A DNA stretch of 64,000 bases, taken from Callorhinchus milii (lineage: Eukaryota). Below the pieces are notes generated by a model. The model saw only the letters and a list, made by a program, of their open reading frames with translations, was not told where the DNA came from and did not search any database. Positions 23,806-36,164 of this stretch are shown here, in pieces. Numbering within the stretch: position 1 is the first letter of the stretch; every line of letters begins with the position of its first letter. Made by a program: the position numbers and the translations under genes. The stretch spans positions 8,000,001 to 8,064,000 of the forward strand of contig NW_024704742.1 of NCBI RefSeq assembly GCF_018977255.1, given 5' to 3'.

Positions 23806-24162
23806 TGGAGTCCTGTAGCTCAGTGATTAGAGCACTCGCCTCGCAAGCGAGAGGTCCTGGGTTCGATTCCTGGCAGGGCGAAACGTTGGGCAAGTTTCCT
23901 ATTCCACGCACCTCTGTTTATCTTACAGTAAGTAGGAACCCAGTTGTAAGTCAATTGGCGGATCGCTTTTCCGGGGGTAATAATTTCTTTTTTTTAAAAA
24001 AATTGATCACTTCAATCCATGACTGTTTGTGGGACACAGCAATTGGCTGCTGCGTTTCCGCACAAAATATACCGTTAATTCCCTTTACAGTATATCCTGT
24101 GAAGCGCTTTGAGACGTCTCGAAGACGTGATAAGGCGCTATATTAAATGCAAGGATTATTAT
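23806..24162 (+). mobile_element. Young SINE, full-length long variant
   Basis: tRNA-like head at 23810-23880, then the central domain CAGTAAGTAGGAACCC, body and tail. Confidence 0.95.
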
Positions 24163-26319
24163 TCAGAATGGCTGTGCCTTTCCACGAGGTAAAGCTTGTC
24201 ATTGGAATAGATTTAATTCCAGGAAGCGACATCAGCCCGATGCAAATCAATAGTAGAGAAGCAGATTATCAACTAATCAGCGAGGGAGACCTACCCATGG
24301 TGAACAGATCAATATTTTATTTTTATCTAATGAACCTCAATCTGTTTGCGCAGTTAAAAATCATTAAGGAAGCACCAATTCAGCTGAATTCACAATCTCT
24401 TTTTTGCTAAAGATATCAGCACTGAGACCTCTTGTGAAACAAATTCTGTTTTGAAAAACATGAGGTGAAGAATGCGACATTTTAGGGCAGATTCGATATA
24501 TCTGCCTGTTATTTAAGTTCGCATTTTGCATTTGCATGCTTTAAAGACAGAGTCTTGCTCAAGCTATTAGACACCTCATGTTGATGTCTCAATACCACCT
24601 TGGGAGGAAGAGTGTTAGGCCTCCTTCAAGACCCATTTCAAGACCCTCCTCTTCGGACCGTGCTTTCGATCTCCCAGCTTTCCCCCTTGAATCATTAAAC
24701 TACAATACAGAAGGAAGCAGATCAGCCCACCGTGTCTGTGCTTCTGCTAGCTGTCCCACCGGAGCTACCTCCTCTAGTGTTCCAGAGTTTTGGGGCGCAG
24801 CTGCTGAAAGCGTGGCTGCTAATGGTGGAGCAGAGGGATGTGCAGAAGACTGGAGTGAAGGGGCGGGTTAGAGAAATGGGGAATGGGGTGTAAGCAGGTC
24901 GGAAGGGTCGGAAGGGTGGGGGAGCTACCAGGCATGAAGCGGTTTGTGCATGAGTGTGAAGGTCTTCTTTCATGTCGTCCTCCCGACGTGAAAGGCGCTC
25001 TATAAATGGAATCTTGTTGTTGCTGTTGTTGTTGTCTTGAAATCGATCAACATGGAACCAGTGAAGGCTCACTGGGACTGAGGTGATGAGGGTCCAGAGT
25101 TTGTTACAGGTGAGGATATGGGCAGAGGAGTTTGGGAATTCATTAGATTTTATGAATGACAGAGCTGGGGAGACCGATGATTTAGAACGTTAATAAGAAT
25201 CAGAGGAAAGAGATCAGGGCCATATAAAGTTTGGGGTATAATATTTAAACCAGCTGGGCTCCAGTAAACATCGAAATCTGACCTTTTACATGAAAATGGA
25301 AATAAATAAAATTAGCAAGTGCTTACAAAACCAAAGCTGGGGACATCTGCTGCTTATTAACTGTGTAGTTAAACTGCAGAACTACAAGCTAAATGGAATT
25401 ATCTTTAGAATTACAAGTAATTATGTGTAAAGCAGTCTTTAATTAGAATACAGGTGGGACCTAAATGACATTTAAAAATATTTAATATTGACCCATTTAC
25501 TTGTCATATGTCAGAGTTTAAGTTTGTTTTGAGACCTCCTCCCAACCTGAAATGAACTGTTTCCAATCCAAGGATTATTATTACAAGCGAGATACAAACA
25601 CAGAGTTAAAGACGTATAAACACATACAGAAACACACACAAGCAGAGAGAAGTACACACCCCAGCACACATAATCTGCACTGTTTCCATATCTGCAATGC
25701 ATTCAGTCCAGATTACGGTTTATACTATAAAACACTTTACTGTAGTTACATCCCAGAACTAGAAGGGAAGATGATCTAGTTTTGACCAGTGAGCAAATTA
25801 ACCTACTCTGCCAAGAGTCTCCAGACAAATTGCATAACGTGATACATTATCGCTTAGTGAGCTGAATCATAAAGCAGATTAGTTGATTTCCGGTATCCAA
25901 ATTGCAAATCCCAAGCCAACAAAGTCTGAAAAAAAACTGGCAAACAGAACCAATCTAGTCTGAGAATATCACAAATGTAATGTCTTGTCCTTCTGCGTCT
26001 AATAAGCCAAATGCACAAAAACATTTTGCTTTGCTTGATGGATTTAGATAAATACTTTCTCATAATCTTTAGAGATGTCCACCCAATGTGAAAGATGCTA
26101 TATCAAGTGAAAGGGACTATCCTCCTTGGAGGAGAGATAAGAAGGGTCTACTTGGAGTTGAACTGACTCCAACATGACATGCTTGGCAATAGAATGGCGG
26201 AATCGAGCCAACCCTCTGTGCCAGAATCAGTAGTCCAGTTCCTGAGTCAAGTGGGTCCATATTATTCCAAAACACTGCTGATGACAACCCAGCCAGCCTG
26301 GCTCAGTCGTTAGACCTTG

Positions 26320-26465
26320 GGAGTCCTGTAGCTCAGTGGTTAGAGCACTCACTTTGCAAGCGAGAGACCTGAGTTCAATTCCAGGCAGAGGGCGAAACCT
26401 TGGGCAAGTTTCCTTACTCCACACAGAGCCTAATAATAATAATAATTATTATTATTATTATTATT
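26320..26465 (+). mobile_element. Young SINE head with (AAT)n(ATT)n end
   Basis: The tRNA head runs through ACTCCACACAGAGCC and is followed by TAATAATAATAATAATTATTATTATT. Confidence 0.9.
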
Positions 26466-26752
26466 TGGGAGGAAAGACCAGTCACTGAGGCAGGGGTTCT
26501 TCCCACTCAGCTCCTGTTTACCCTGCAAGCCTAAGCCCTAACGGGTAGGTGGTCCTAACTGGACAAGCAGTGGGAAAGCTTCCCACACAGCAATATCAAT
26601 GGCAAGCTAATTGGTTTTAGCTGGTAAGATTCCAATAGTGCCCCAACGCACGCTCTTGCCAACCTGCGCCTAATGCTTTCTGAAATTAGCTAAGCGGTCC
26701 CTCTAGAGAAAGTGTGCATTCCATTCCAAAACACAGGAATTTCAATGTGTAA

Positions 26753-26948
26753 GTGGAGTCCTGAAGCTCAGTGGTTTGAGCACTCGCCTCGCAAGAGAGA
26801 GGACCTGGATTCGATTCCTGGGCAGGGCGAAACATTAAGCAAGTTTCCTTACTCCACAAGCCTCTTTTATTTAGCAGAAAGTAGGAACCCGGCTGTTAGT
26901 CGATTGGCAGATGGCTTTTCCGGGGGTAATACTCCCTTAAAAAAAAAG
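26753..26948 (+). mobile_element. Young SINE 5' half, long variant
   Basis: Head plus central domain, ending at the internal A-run. Confidence 0.9.
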
Positions 26949-27984
26949 GGATCTTCTAGTTGTTAATTGTCAGGCTGGTGGTAGGTTCTGTGAAATCAAA
27001 TGCAAGGATAATTAATATAATAGGTCAGGCCTTGCGTGACCTGCAGAAGGAGGGGCTTGATAGGTTTAAATGACCTTAATGTTAAAAAAAAGGAAAATTA
27101 TTATGGATTTGCTGTGCTGGGTTCCAGTGACCCATAGTTTAGGCAAAGTAAATTAGCACTGCTGTTTTCGTTTTGCAGACGGACTGACGTTAGTTAACAG
27201 GAAATGGGGTTGGTAAGGAAGTGTTGGGCAATATACTTTTTATGGGAGTCAGGTATCTTAGGTGACTACAGGATATTTCTTACATATAAATACAACACAA
27301 TACAAATTTACATTTGTGTAGCGCCTTTCATGTCGGGAAGACGTCCCAAGGTGCTGAGCAGGGGTTCTTACACTGGGTTAACCTTTTCTAAGAATTGTTT
27401 CTATAAAAACACAAGTAAGATTTTGTGGCAGCTCACGTTTCCAACAGCTCTTCTGGCAGATTTGTTAAGATTCTTGTGGGACTGAGTTAGCCTTTGCCCT
27501 CTTTTTATTGGGAAAAGCTGTGTACATCTTGCGGCTATTTTCTACCTTATTTTACTGGGAAAATAATTATTGAGTTGCTATGGTTGAGTTACAGTAGATC
27601 ATGGTTTAGGCAAAGAAATCAGTGCTCCCCATCATCGCCTTGTTGGGAGCTAGCAGTATTTTTTTTGCAGATGGACTGAAACCAGTTGAGTGAAATCGAA
27701 TTGTTAAGAAATTATGGTTTCACAAACTTTCACCCATATTTAATTTGCAAGCATTAGCTGAGATAAAGAGTATATCTCAACAGTTTCACCAGATGTTCAG
27801 TGCCAGCAAATTCTACGATGCTCCCTCGATGGTCTTGTGAGGAACTGGACTGGTAACTAGTAATTTGCAGGTCAGCCTGACTCAGTCTCATCTCTGAATC
27901 AGAAGTTTGTGAGTTGAAACCCCGTGTTGGGATTTTGAACTCACAGTCGAGGTTGCCACTAAAGGTACTTCCTGCCTCAATCCT

Positions 27985-28350
27985 GATCAGTGCTGAGTTA
28001 GCTGATCTCAGCAGGAACATCAATTGAGAGTTAAAATTGGCTTCGATGTCCCTGGATTAGGGAATAGGGAATCTAATCGTTAGGTCGTGACACTTGCTGG
28101 AAACTGCATATATGAGGGCAATAATAATAATAATCCTTGCATTTGATATAGTGCTTTATCACGTCTTCGAGACATCTCAAAGCGTTTCACAGAATACGCT
28201 GTAAAGTGAATCGACTGTGTATTTTGTGGGCTTAGTTTTGTTGTTTCTCACAGTCAAATAACCTGCCAATACCAACTTCGACAACGTGCCAAAGGGTGAC
28301 AGTGCCTGTTAAACCAAATTGTGCCAAGAGTCAGCTTTTCAAGAGGTGCT
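27985..28350 (+). repeat. Unclassified ancient interspersed repeat interrupted by a SINE tail (28121-28230)
   Basis: TGCTGAGTTAGCTGATCTCAGC...AATTGG...TGCTGGAAA resembles 50845-50975. Other likely pieces lie near 13140-13200 (-), 42420-42480 (-) and 51670-51780. Confidence 0.5.
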
Positions 28351-29891
28351 TCAGTATGTTCCACAATTACAGAGGAATTTGTTTGATGTCTACTTCATGC
28401 AAAGACTTGTGTGCATCCACCTGAGACAGCTCTGTGTCATTAAAATGTTTGTTGAGTGGGAGGGCAAAGAGAAATAATTCACATCCCCGCGCACTAACTC
28501 ATTTGATTATTCATTTTGTGGCTGTACATGTGACATTGCTAAATGTGCTAAATGCACTGCTGCCTTCCCTTAAAAATGCAGTTACTCTCACTTCACAGCA
28601 AATCCTGTGAAGTGCTTTGAGACTTCCTCCCAATGTGAAAGGCGCTGTACTAAATGCAAAGATGATTATTCATATTATTACTACAAATAGAGATTCACAC
28701 ATGTTGGGAGGTTTGATGTTGGAAAGAACCTCAGCGGGCATCTCTTCCTTCACCCAGCCTGGAAATTTAGATATTAAAAATATTTCAGCTGAATCTTAAG
28801 TGTTGCCAGGTTAGTGCATTACTCCCAGATCCACTACCAGACTAACCCAACCCACGGCTCCAGCTGCTCCCACTCCTGCGAATAAAATATTTCAGATCGA
28901 AAATAATATTCAAATTGTCGCTCCTGGCAATAAAAGCACTTTGCAGTAAAATTAAACTTGGTGTATTTGCAGGTCCTGTAAGTGTACAGAGAATAAATTT
29001 CGCTTGACAAATGTTATAGTGTTTTGTCAATACAAATCTTGCATTGCATCCCCAATTACAGTGGGCAGAGAAACCTGAGGCAAGCTCGTAAATCTACAGG
29101 AGCATACTTTTTAAAATGATGTTTTCTAGGCTTACTTAGCAGATTGATGACAAGAATTAGCCAGCCTGCTGGAGAGAGGGAGTTCCCTTTGACCCAACAC
29201 AGAGATGGAATTGTTAATTAAATAGCATATCTATTACTCTTACGATGGTGGCTGCCAGTGGGTTGCTGGACCCGTTAAACAAAAAAACCATTGTGTTAAT
29301 CAACAGGTAAGTAGAACAGAGAAGGGAGTTTTTCCTAGTTTTCGGGCCCACTCTCCCCCAAATAAAATTGGTCATTCATTTCATGGCTGTTTGTGCAACA
29401 TTGCTATGCACAATTGGGCTGCCGCACTCGCCTCCAAAACACACAGTCACTCCAATTCACAGTAAATCCTGTGAAGCGCTTTGCGGTGTCCTCCCGATGT
29501 GAAATCGCCGTACCAAATGCAAGGTTTATTACTATTATTATTTTCCTCCACCCACTTCCCTTTCCTGCATGGCTTTTCTGCCCATCAAGGAGAGGGACGT
29601 CATAGCTGGGAAATGCGACACTAGGATATCAGGCATTCGGTGTTAGCATCAAGCTTTCCCAGGTATTGTCAGATTGGATTCACAACAATGCTTCCTCTAC
29701 TCTGCTCAACCTTGCAGGCTAACCTCAATGTCCGGAGAAAAACATCAGCTGTGTGGCATATTCAGGGCCACACACGAGGGGAGAAAGCCATAGAGGGACT
29801 CTCGCTCATGTTCTGTGATTTAAGGACGAATCCCTTGCAGACCGTCTCAGGTTTGGCCTGTCAATCAGCTCTGCAGCCCCACCCATTACTA

Positions 29892-30232
29892 ATGCATTTG
29901 ATACGGCGCCTTGTCACGTTTTCGAGACGTCTCAAAGCGCTTCACAGAATATACTGCAAAGTGAATTGACTGTATATTTTTTGGGTGAAACGCGGCAGCT
30001 AATTAGTTACAACAGCGTCCCACAAACAGTCGTGGATTGAGTGACCACATTTTTTTTAAAGGGCTTATTACCCCCAGAAAGTGATTTGCCATTTGACTAT
30101 CAACAGGGTTTCTACTTACGGCTAGGCAAACAGAGTAAGGAAACTTGCCCAACGTTTCACCCTCATGGGAATCAAACCCAGGGCTCTTACTTGCGAGGCA
30201 AGTGCTGTAACCACTGAGCTACAGGACTCCAC
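29892..30232 (-). mobile_element. Young SINE, long variant
   Basis: Runs from tail to head and ends CTACAGGACTCCAC. Confidence 0.92.
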
Positions 30233-30454
30233 ACCATTACAGAGAGCAGAGCCTCAGAGAAAATGACACTGCACATCCTCATCAACCTCAAAGGCCTCAG
30301 AAGTTCAACAATTATCTCACTTCAAACAGCACCAGACAGGCTTTGCTCATACTCACCTGGACTCCACTTACACTCAGATCCTGCTCTGAATCTAACCTGT
30401 TCTGACTTGGCATGGCTCATACCTCATCTTTCTCTATGCCCCTGGCTCGAAAAA

Positions 30455-30799
30455 ATAATTGCATTTGACATAGCACCTTATCATGTCTTCGAGACGTCTC
30501 AAAGTGCTTCACAGGATATACTGTAAAGTGAATTGATTGCATATTTTGTGGGCGAAATACCGCAGCCAATTATGCACAGCAGTGTCCCACAAACAGTCAT
30601 GGATTGAGTGCCATTTTTTTTTATTTTGAAGGAATTTTTACCACCAGAAAAGCAATCCACCAATCGACTAACAACTGGGTTCCTACTTACTGCTAGATAA
30701 ACAGAGACGTGAAGAGGAAGAAAACTTGCCCAACATTTCACCCTGCCGGGAATCGAACCCTTGCGAGGCAAGTGCTCTAACCACTGAGCTACAAGACTC
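30455..30799 (-). mobile_element. Young SINE, long variant
   Basis: Runs from tail to head and includes the GGGTTCCTACTTACTGCTAG central domain. Confidence 0.92.
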
Positions 30800-30918
30800 T
30801 AATATTTTAGTGAGGACAGACACCTGGCAATTTCCAAGTCCCCACCAGGATATTTTCATTTTGTTTGAGATCTTCCTGAGTGAGGTTGTCAATTTATAAT
30901 CATAAATAAAAAGAATAA

Positions 30919-31392
30919 AATAATAATAATAATAATCCTTGCATTTGATATAGCGCTTTTCACGTCATCTCGACGTCTCAAAGCGCTTCACAGAATTTGC
31001 TGTAAAGTGAATTGACTGTATATTTGTGGGCAAAACCCGGCAGCCAATTGTGCACAGCAGTGTCCCACAAACAGTCGTGGATTGAAAATGACCAATTTAT
31101 TATTGTTTTGTTTTGGAGGGATTATTATCAGGCTCTGTGTGGAGTAAGTAATAATAATCCCTCCAAAACCAAGAACAATAATAAATTGGTCATTTTCAAT
31201 CTACGGCTGTTTGTGGGGCATTGTTGTGCGCAATTGGCTGCCGCGTTCGCCCACAAATATACAGTCAATTCACTTTACAGTATATTCTGTGAAGCGCTTT
31301 GGGACGTCCTCCCGACGTAAAAAGCGCTATATCAAATGCAAGGATTATTATTATTATTAAGCGCTCTAACCACTGAGCTCCAGGACTCCACA
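30919..31392 (-). mobile_element. Young SINE (short variant) with an opposite-strand SINE nested at 31149-31358
   Basis: The minus copy occupies 30919-31148 with its head remnant at 31360-31392. The plus copy lies between them. Confidence 0.9.
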
Positions 31393-31839
31393 AAGAATAA
31401 TAATCCTTACATTTAATAAAGCGCTTTTCACATCCGAAAGACGCCATGGGCAAAATTCCTATTGGGGCAAGATTTGCTCTAAGGTAAAATTTTACAGCAT
31501 TTGGCGTGGGAGGTGGCCATAAGCACGGTCGAAGAGGAAGGTTTTCAGGCGGGATTTGAAAAGGGGAGAGAAGTTCAAGGTGGAGGGATTGAGGGAGAGT
31601 GTTCCAGAGTTTCGTGGTGTACTGGCTGAAAGCACGACCTCCGATACTGCCGATAATCAGGAGTGAATGTGGGTAATTACCTCCATCCCAAACTGATTTA
31701 TTTTCTCTTCATTTGTTTTTAAAAGCGTGACTGCTGGACTGAAAAACAAAAGGACTGATCAGCTGAGGGGGGAGTGCAAGATTTAAAATATTATTACATT
31801 TTGCGCTTGGAGCAACGGGAAGGTCAATGTGAGTCTGGC

Positions 31840-32163
31840 AATAATCCTTGCATTTGATATAGTCTTTATCACATCTTCGAGATGTCTCAAAGCGCTTCAC
31901 AGAATATACTGTAAAGTGAATTGACTGTATATTTTGTGGGCGAAACACAGTAGCCAATTGCGCACATATTATTTTTTTGAAGGAATTATTACCCTGGAAA
32001 AGCGATCCGCCAATCAACTAACAACCAGGTTCCTCCTTACTGCTCGGTAAACAGAGACGTGAGGAGTAAGGAAATATGCCCAACATTTCGCCTTGTCGGG
32101 AAGCAATCCCAGGTCTCCTGCTTGCGAGATGAGTGCTCTAACCAATGAGCTACAGGACTCCAC
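31840..32163 (-). mobile_element. Young SINE, long variant
   Basis: Contains the tail, central domain and tRNA head. Confidence 0.9.
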
Positions 32164-32609
32164 GAGAGGGGGTTCTTATGCAGAACAGCTGCTGGCAGCT
32201 TAAGAGTAAAGCGGAAAATATAAAAATGAAGGGAAAACTAAATAGAGTGATTTAAAATGTGATTTTCTTTACCAAGGAATGCGAATGGGAATTCTGTCTG
32301 ATAACAGGAAGTATGTCACATGGATTGTGACTAGGGCTCTCTCTGCCTCCTTGTTTCTCTTAATCGCTCTGACACCTTTGACACTGTCGATCACACTATC
32401 CTTCTCCACCGCCTCTCCTCTTAACTCCACCTTAAGGGTTCTGTCTTATCCTGGTTTCATTCCTGGTTTGACCATCTCCATTTTGTCTGTTCTGACAGTT
32501 TCTCCTCCTGCCCCACATTGTCACGTGCACCGTTCCTCGACCCTCTAGTTTTTAATGTCTACATGCTCCCACTTGAGGATGTCAACGCAAGCATGGTATT
32601 AACTTTAAC

Positions 32610-33180
32610 ATGTAGGTGGGCAACACCCAACTCTATCTCTCCTCCTCCACTCTCGATTCCAAGTCCAGAGCTCTCTTGATCAATTGTCAGACATCAAGCC
32701 CTAGATGAGTTCTAACTTTCTCCAGTTGAATAACAACAAGACAGAGGCTCTCCTGCTTGGCTCCCGTCAGTGGCCTTCTCACCTCAGCTGCTGACAGCAT
32801 CAATCTACATGGATGCCCTCTCTATCTCACAAAGCCAGTGTGAACCCTTGGAGTCTTGGTTGACTCCCAACTGTCTTTTAAACTTCACATTTCTGCTCTG
32901 ACTAGTTCAGCTTTCTCACATCTTTGCCTTGGCTACGACCTCTCCCCTCAAGTAGCCAAGACTCTAATCTATGCATTGATCACGTCCAGGCTAGACTAGG
33001 CCAACTGTGTGTTTGCCAGACTACCTAACTCTTCCCTCCACAAACTGCAAACTATCCAGAACTCTGCAGCTCATATCCTTTCCCGCACCGGGATCTGTGA
33101 GCCTATCATCCTCGTCCACGCCCAGCTCCACCTATCCCCTGATGGATCGAGGTCAAGATCCTCATCCTAACCTGTAATTC
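32610..33180 (+). mobile_element. Diverged L2 RT/C-terminal fragment
   Basis: Encodes DIK..MSSNFLQLNNNKTEALLLG, LGVLVD.QL, SRLD..N, KLQTIQNSAA and KILIL. Confidence 0.8.
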
Positions 33181-33182
33181 CT

Positions 33183-33510
33183 CCGAGTCAGAAGGTTGTG
33201 GCTTCAAACACCACGTCGCGACTTGGACTCACATAGTCTATGCTGACACTTCAATGCAGTGCTGTGGGGGGTGTCACATTGTCAGAGGTGACATCCTTTG
33301 AATGAGATGTCACAGTAAAGTTCAGGTAGATGTTAAAGATCCCATGGCACTATTCAAAAAGAGAAGGGAGTTTCTCCTGGTGTCCAGGCCAACAATCCCT
33401 CATGTACAATTGGTCATTCACACCACTTCACATTAAATCCTATGAAGCATTCTGGGACACCCTCCTGACATGAAACACGCAATACCAAATGCAAAAATAA
33501 TTATGATTAC
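33183..33510 (+). mobile_element. Old Deu-domain SINE
   Basis: GAGTCAGAAGGTTGTGG.TTCAA...GTTAAAGATCCCATGGCACTATTCAAAAAGAGAAGGGAGTTTCTCCTGGTGTCCAGGCCAAC, followed by an L2-type tail. Confidence 0.85.
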
Positions 33511-33564
33511 CGGCCTGATTTATGCCCCTCACCCTACCCTGGTCACTCTTCTTGGTGTCGTGCT

Positions 33565-33722
33565 TTGATAGATTTCTAGTGGATAAAGGGATTAAGGGAT
33601 ATGGGGATAAGGCGGGTAGATGGAGTTAGAATGGATCAGCTATGATCTTATTGAATGGCAGGGCAGGCTGGAGCGGCCGAATGGCCTACTCCTGCGCCTA
33701 ACTCTTGTGTTCTTATGTTCGT
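33565..33722 (+). mobile_element. CR1 3' end fragment
   Basis: GATAGATTTCT...GATCTTATTGAATGGC...GGCCGAATGGCCTACTCCTGC..TTATGTTC. Confidence 0.85.
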
Positions 33723-34509
33723 ATGTGCTTCGCATTGATGACCTTCAAGGTAAAGGAATACTTCCTGATGTGTGACCTGAAATTGCCCTTTGCAACTCTA
33801 AACCCGTGGACTCTTATTCTTGTAGTCTTGTTACATCTGTAAGCATTGTTCCTGTTTACTTTGCGTCAGCGTATTTTACCTTTGGATTCCCAAATTAAGG
33901 AAAATGTATTTGCAATCTCTGTGTCTGAGATCCCCTGGTCTGATTGCAGTGATTAGAATTGATTTGTACAGTAACCACATAACACAGTGCGAATTTACAT
34001 GATGTGAATAAAAAAAAGGCTTAAACTGGCCAGCAATCCCACTGAAAGGGTTAAAGCCTTTTATGGGCCCTCAACGTATTTTATGGGAGCAGCTGTTTTT
34101 GTCTTATTTCAACTGTGTTTAATTCCCAGCCCTACCCCAGGGAAACTACAGCTGCACATCAGACAGACCTGCTCTGATTCATACACCAGTCCCCTGACTG
34201 ACAGACCATTTGTCTCTTCTCTGATCTCTTCCCCATGATTGGTCAGCAAATTGTTATCAACTAATCCACTCTAAATTCAAGCTATTTTGCGATAGGAAAC
34301 CAGATGTGATTAGGTCAACACCTGCCTATGTTGGGGCCACAGAGGTTAATTTTGATTGATGCTGTATCCCTGCGTTTCAAGGTCTTGCTTATCACAGCAC
34401 ATCCAGATAGCTCGTCGTCTACGGTGAACATTTTTGAATTGCAATTGAATTCTCCCGTCCCCAACCAGTGAACGTGCAGACCGAATTGGAACAGTGTCAC
34501 TCGACTTGA

Positions 34510-35285
34510 AACAAAGACAGAAGTCGCTGGGAACACTCAGCAGGTCAGGCAGCACCTAAGGAGAAAGGAAAGTGAGTCAACGTTTCAGGTCCACGGCGCT
34601 TCGTCAGAAACTGGGGCACGTTGGCAGGGAGAGGCTTTTAAGGGCTAACAGAGAGGGTGGAGGCAGGGCAAGGAAGACAAGGGAGAAAATGGGGTAGAGG
34701 ACAGGGGATGATGGGTTAAAGAGGTGTTTATGATGCAAAATAAAGGGTGGGGGGGATTGCAACAAAACAGGGTAATAGAAGTGTTAATACTGCAGAACAA
34801 AGGGAGGGTGGGGTGAAATTACAACAAAACAGGCAGACCAGTGAGAGAAAAGGCGTGACTGGGACCAAGATGATATGGGAATGGTCACAGAAGAGGGGGA
34901 GGGGAAGGTGAGCTGTTATGGTCTGAAATTGTTGAAATCAATATTGAGGCCAGAGGGCTGCAAGGACCCTGGCCGATCCTCGAGTTTGCACTGTAGCTCA
35001 CTGGAACAGCGTAGGAGACCGTGGATGGAGAGGTCAGAGTGCGAGTGGGAGGGAGAGTTGAAGTGGCAAGAGACCGGAAGCTCAAGGTTGTGCTTGCGGA
35101 CAGAATGGAGGTGTTTGGCAAATCTGCGTTTGGTCCCCCCCAATGTAAAGGAGACCACATTGTGAGCAGTGAATGCAGTAACTACATGTAAATCGCTGTC
35201 TCACTTGAAAACTGTGTTTGGGGCCCTGGACAGTGGTGTGGGAGGAGGTGAAAGGGCAGGTATTGCATCTCCTGCCCTGTAGGGC
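34510..35285 (-). mobile_element. Penelope-like retroelement remnant (GIY-YIG endonuclease C-terminus plus terminal repeat)
   Basis: Frameshifted peptide CNTCPF...QGPKHSFQVRQRFTC..YCIHCSQCGLLYIG.TKRRFAKHLHSVRKH..ELPVSCHFNSPSHS...GSLQPSGLNIDF is typical of Penelope GIY-YIG domains. The downstream terminus carries a hammerhead core. Confidence 0.9.
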
Positions 35286-36164
35286 CTGGACATGAATCAA
35301 GTCACTCGTCTTGACTCTGTTTCGCTTCAGTTTTGATCTGAGTTCTACTCTCAACTCCTGCAAAAAAATTAAGAACTAGAGAATAACAAGAGGTCATTTG
35401 ACCTACTGAAGCTGATCTATAAAATATCTCCCTGATGTACGTCCATGGGGTCTGCAATTTCCTGTCATTACTGTAAGGAGAATCAAGCTGTTTGACAGGA
35501 CAGGTTTACAACGCTGTCCTTTCACCTCACTGGATCACAAGATCTCCCACAAAATACACAGTCACTACAGTTTACAGTGTATCCCGTGAAGAGCTTTGAG
35601 ATGTCTCGAAGATGTGATAAGGGGCTCTATCAAATGCAAAGATCATTATTATTATTGGTTTGGTTGAAGAAGGTCCTTCAACCCATCTAATCTCAGCCCC
35701 CCAGAATACTCACCCTACTGTCCACCCCATCACAGCTTCGAGCTGCTTTTTAAATGAGTCCAGTGTCCTGGCCTCCACTGCCCTTTCTGGTAACCTGTTC
35801 CAGGGGTTGATTACCCTCTGAGTAAAACTTCCTGGTGTCTGTCCTGAAATTGCCCTTTGCAAACTCGAAACTTTTGTCTTCTTGTTCTACAGTCTTGGTG
35901 CATCCCAAAGTAACCCGCTGGGATCTGAGCTTCAACACAGCAAAAGTTGATAGCCCCACGCTCACTGGGAGCTGGGCTGAGGATGCCTCCATGGATTGAG
36001 CATTGAGACCCTTACAGCCATGAGAGAGAGAAAACATTCAATTATTTGGGCTATGAAAGATCAATCCACTCCATCACCACCCATTCTCGCCCTAGTAATA
36101 AAAAACAAAGTTACATTACAATAATACAGAGATTGTAAAGGTGAAAAGGTAAAAACGTTGCTGG

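Noticed and set aside
23810..23880. Genuine tRNA-Ala gene(s)
   Set aside because: Every tRNA-like unit continues into SINE body sequence, copies vary at conserved positions, and no poly-T terminator follows.
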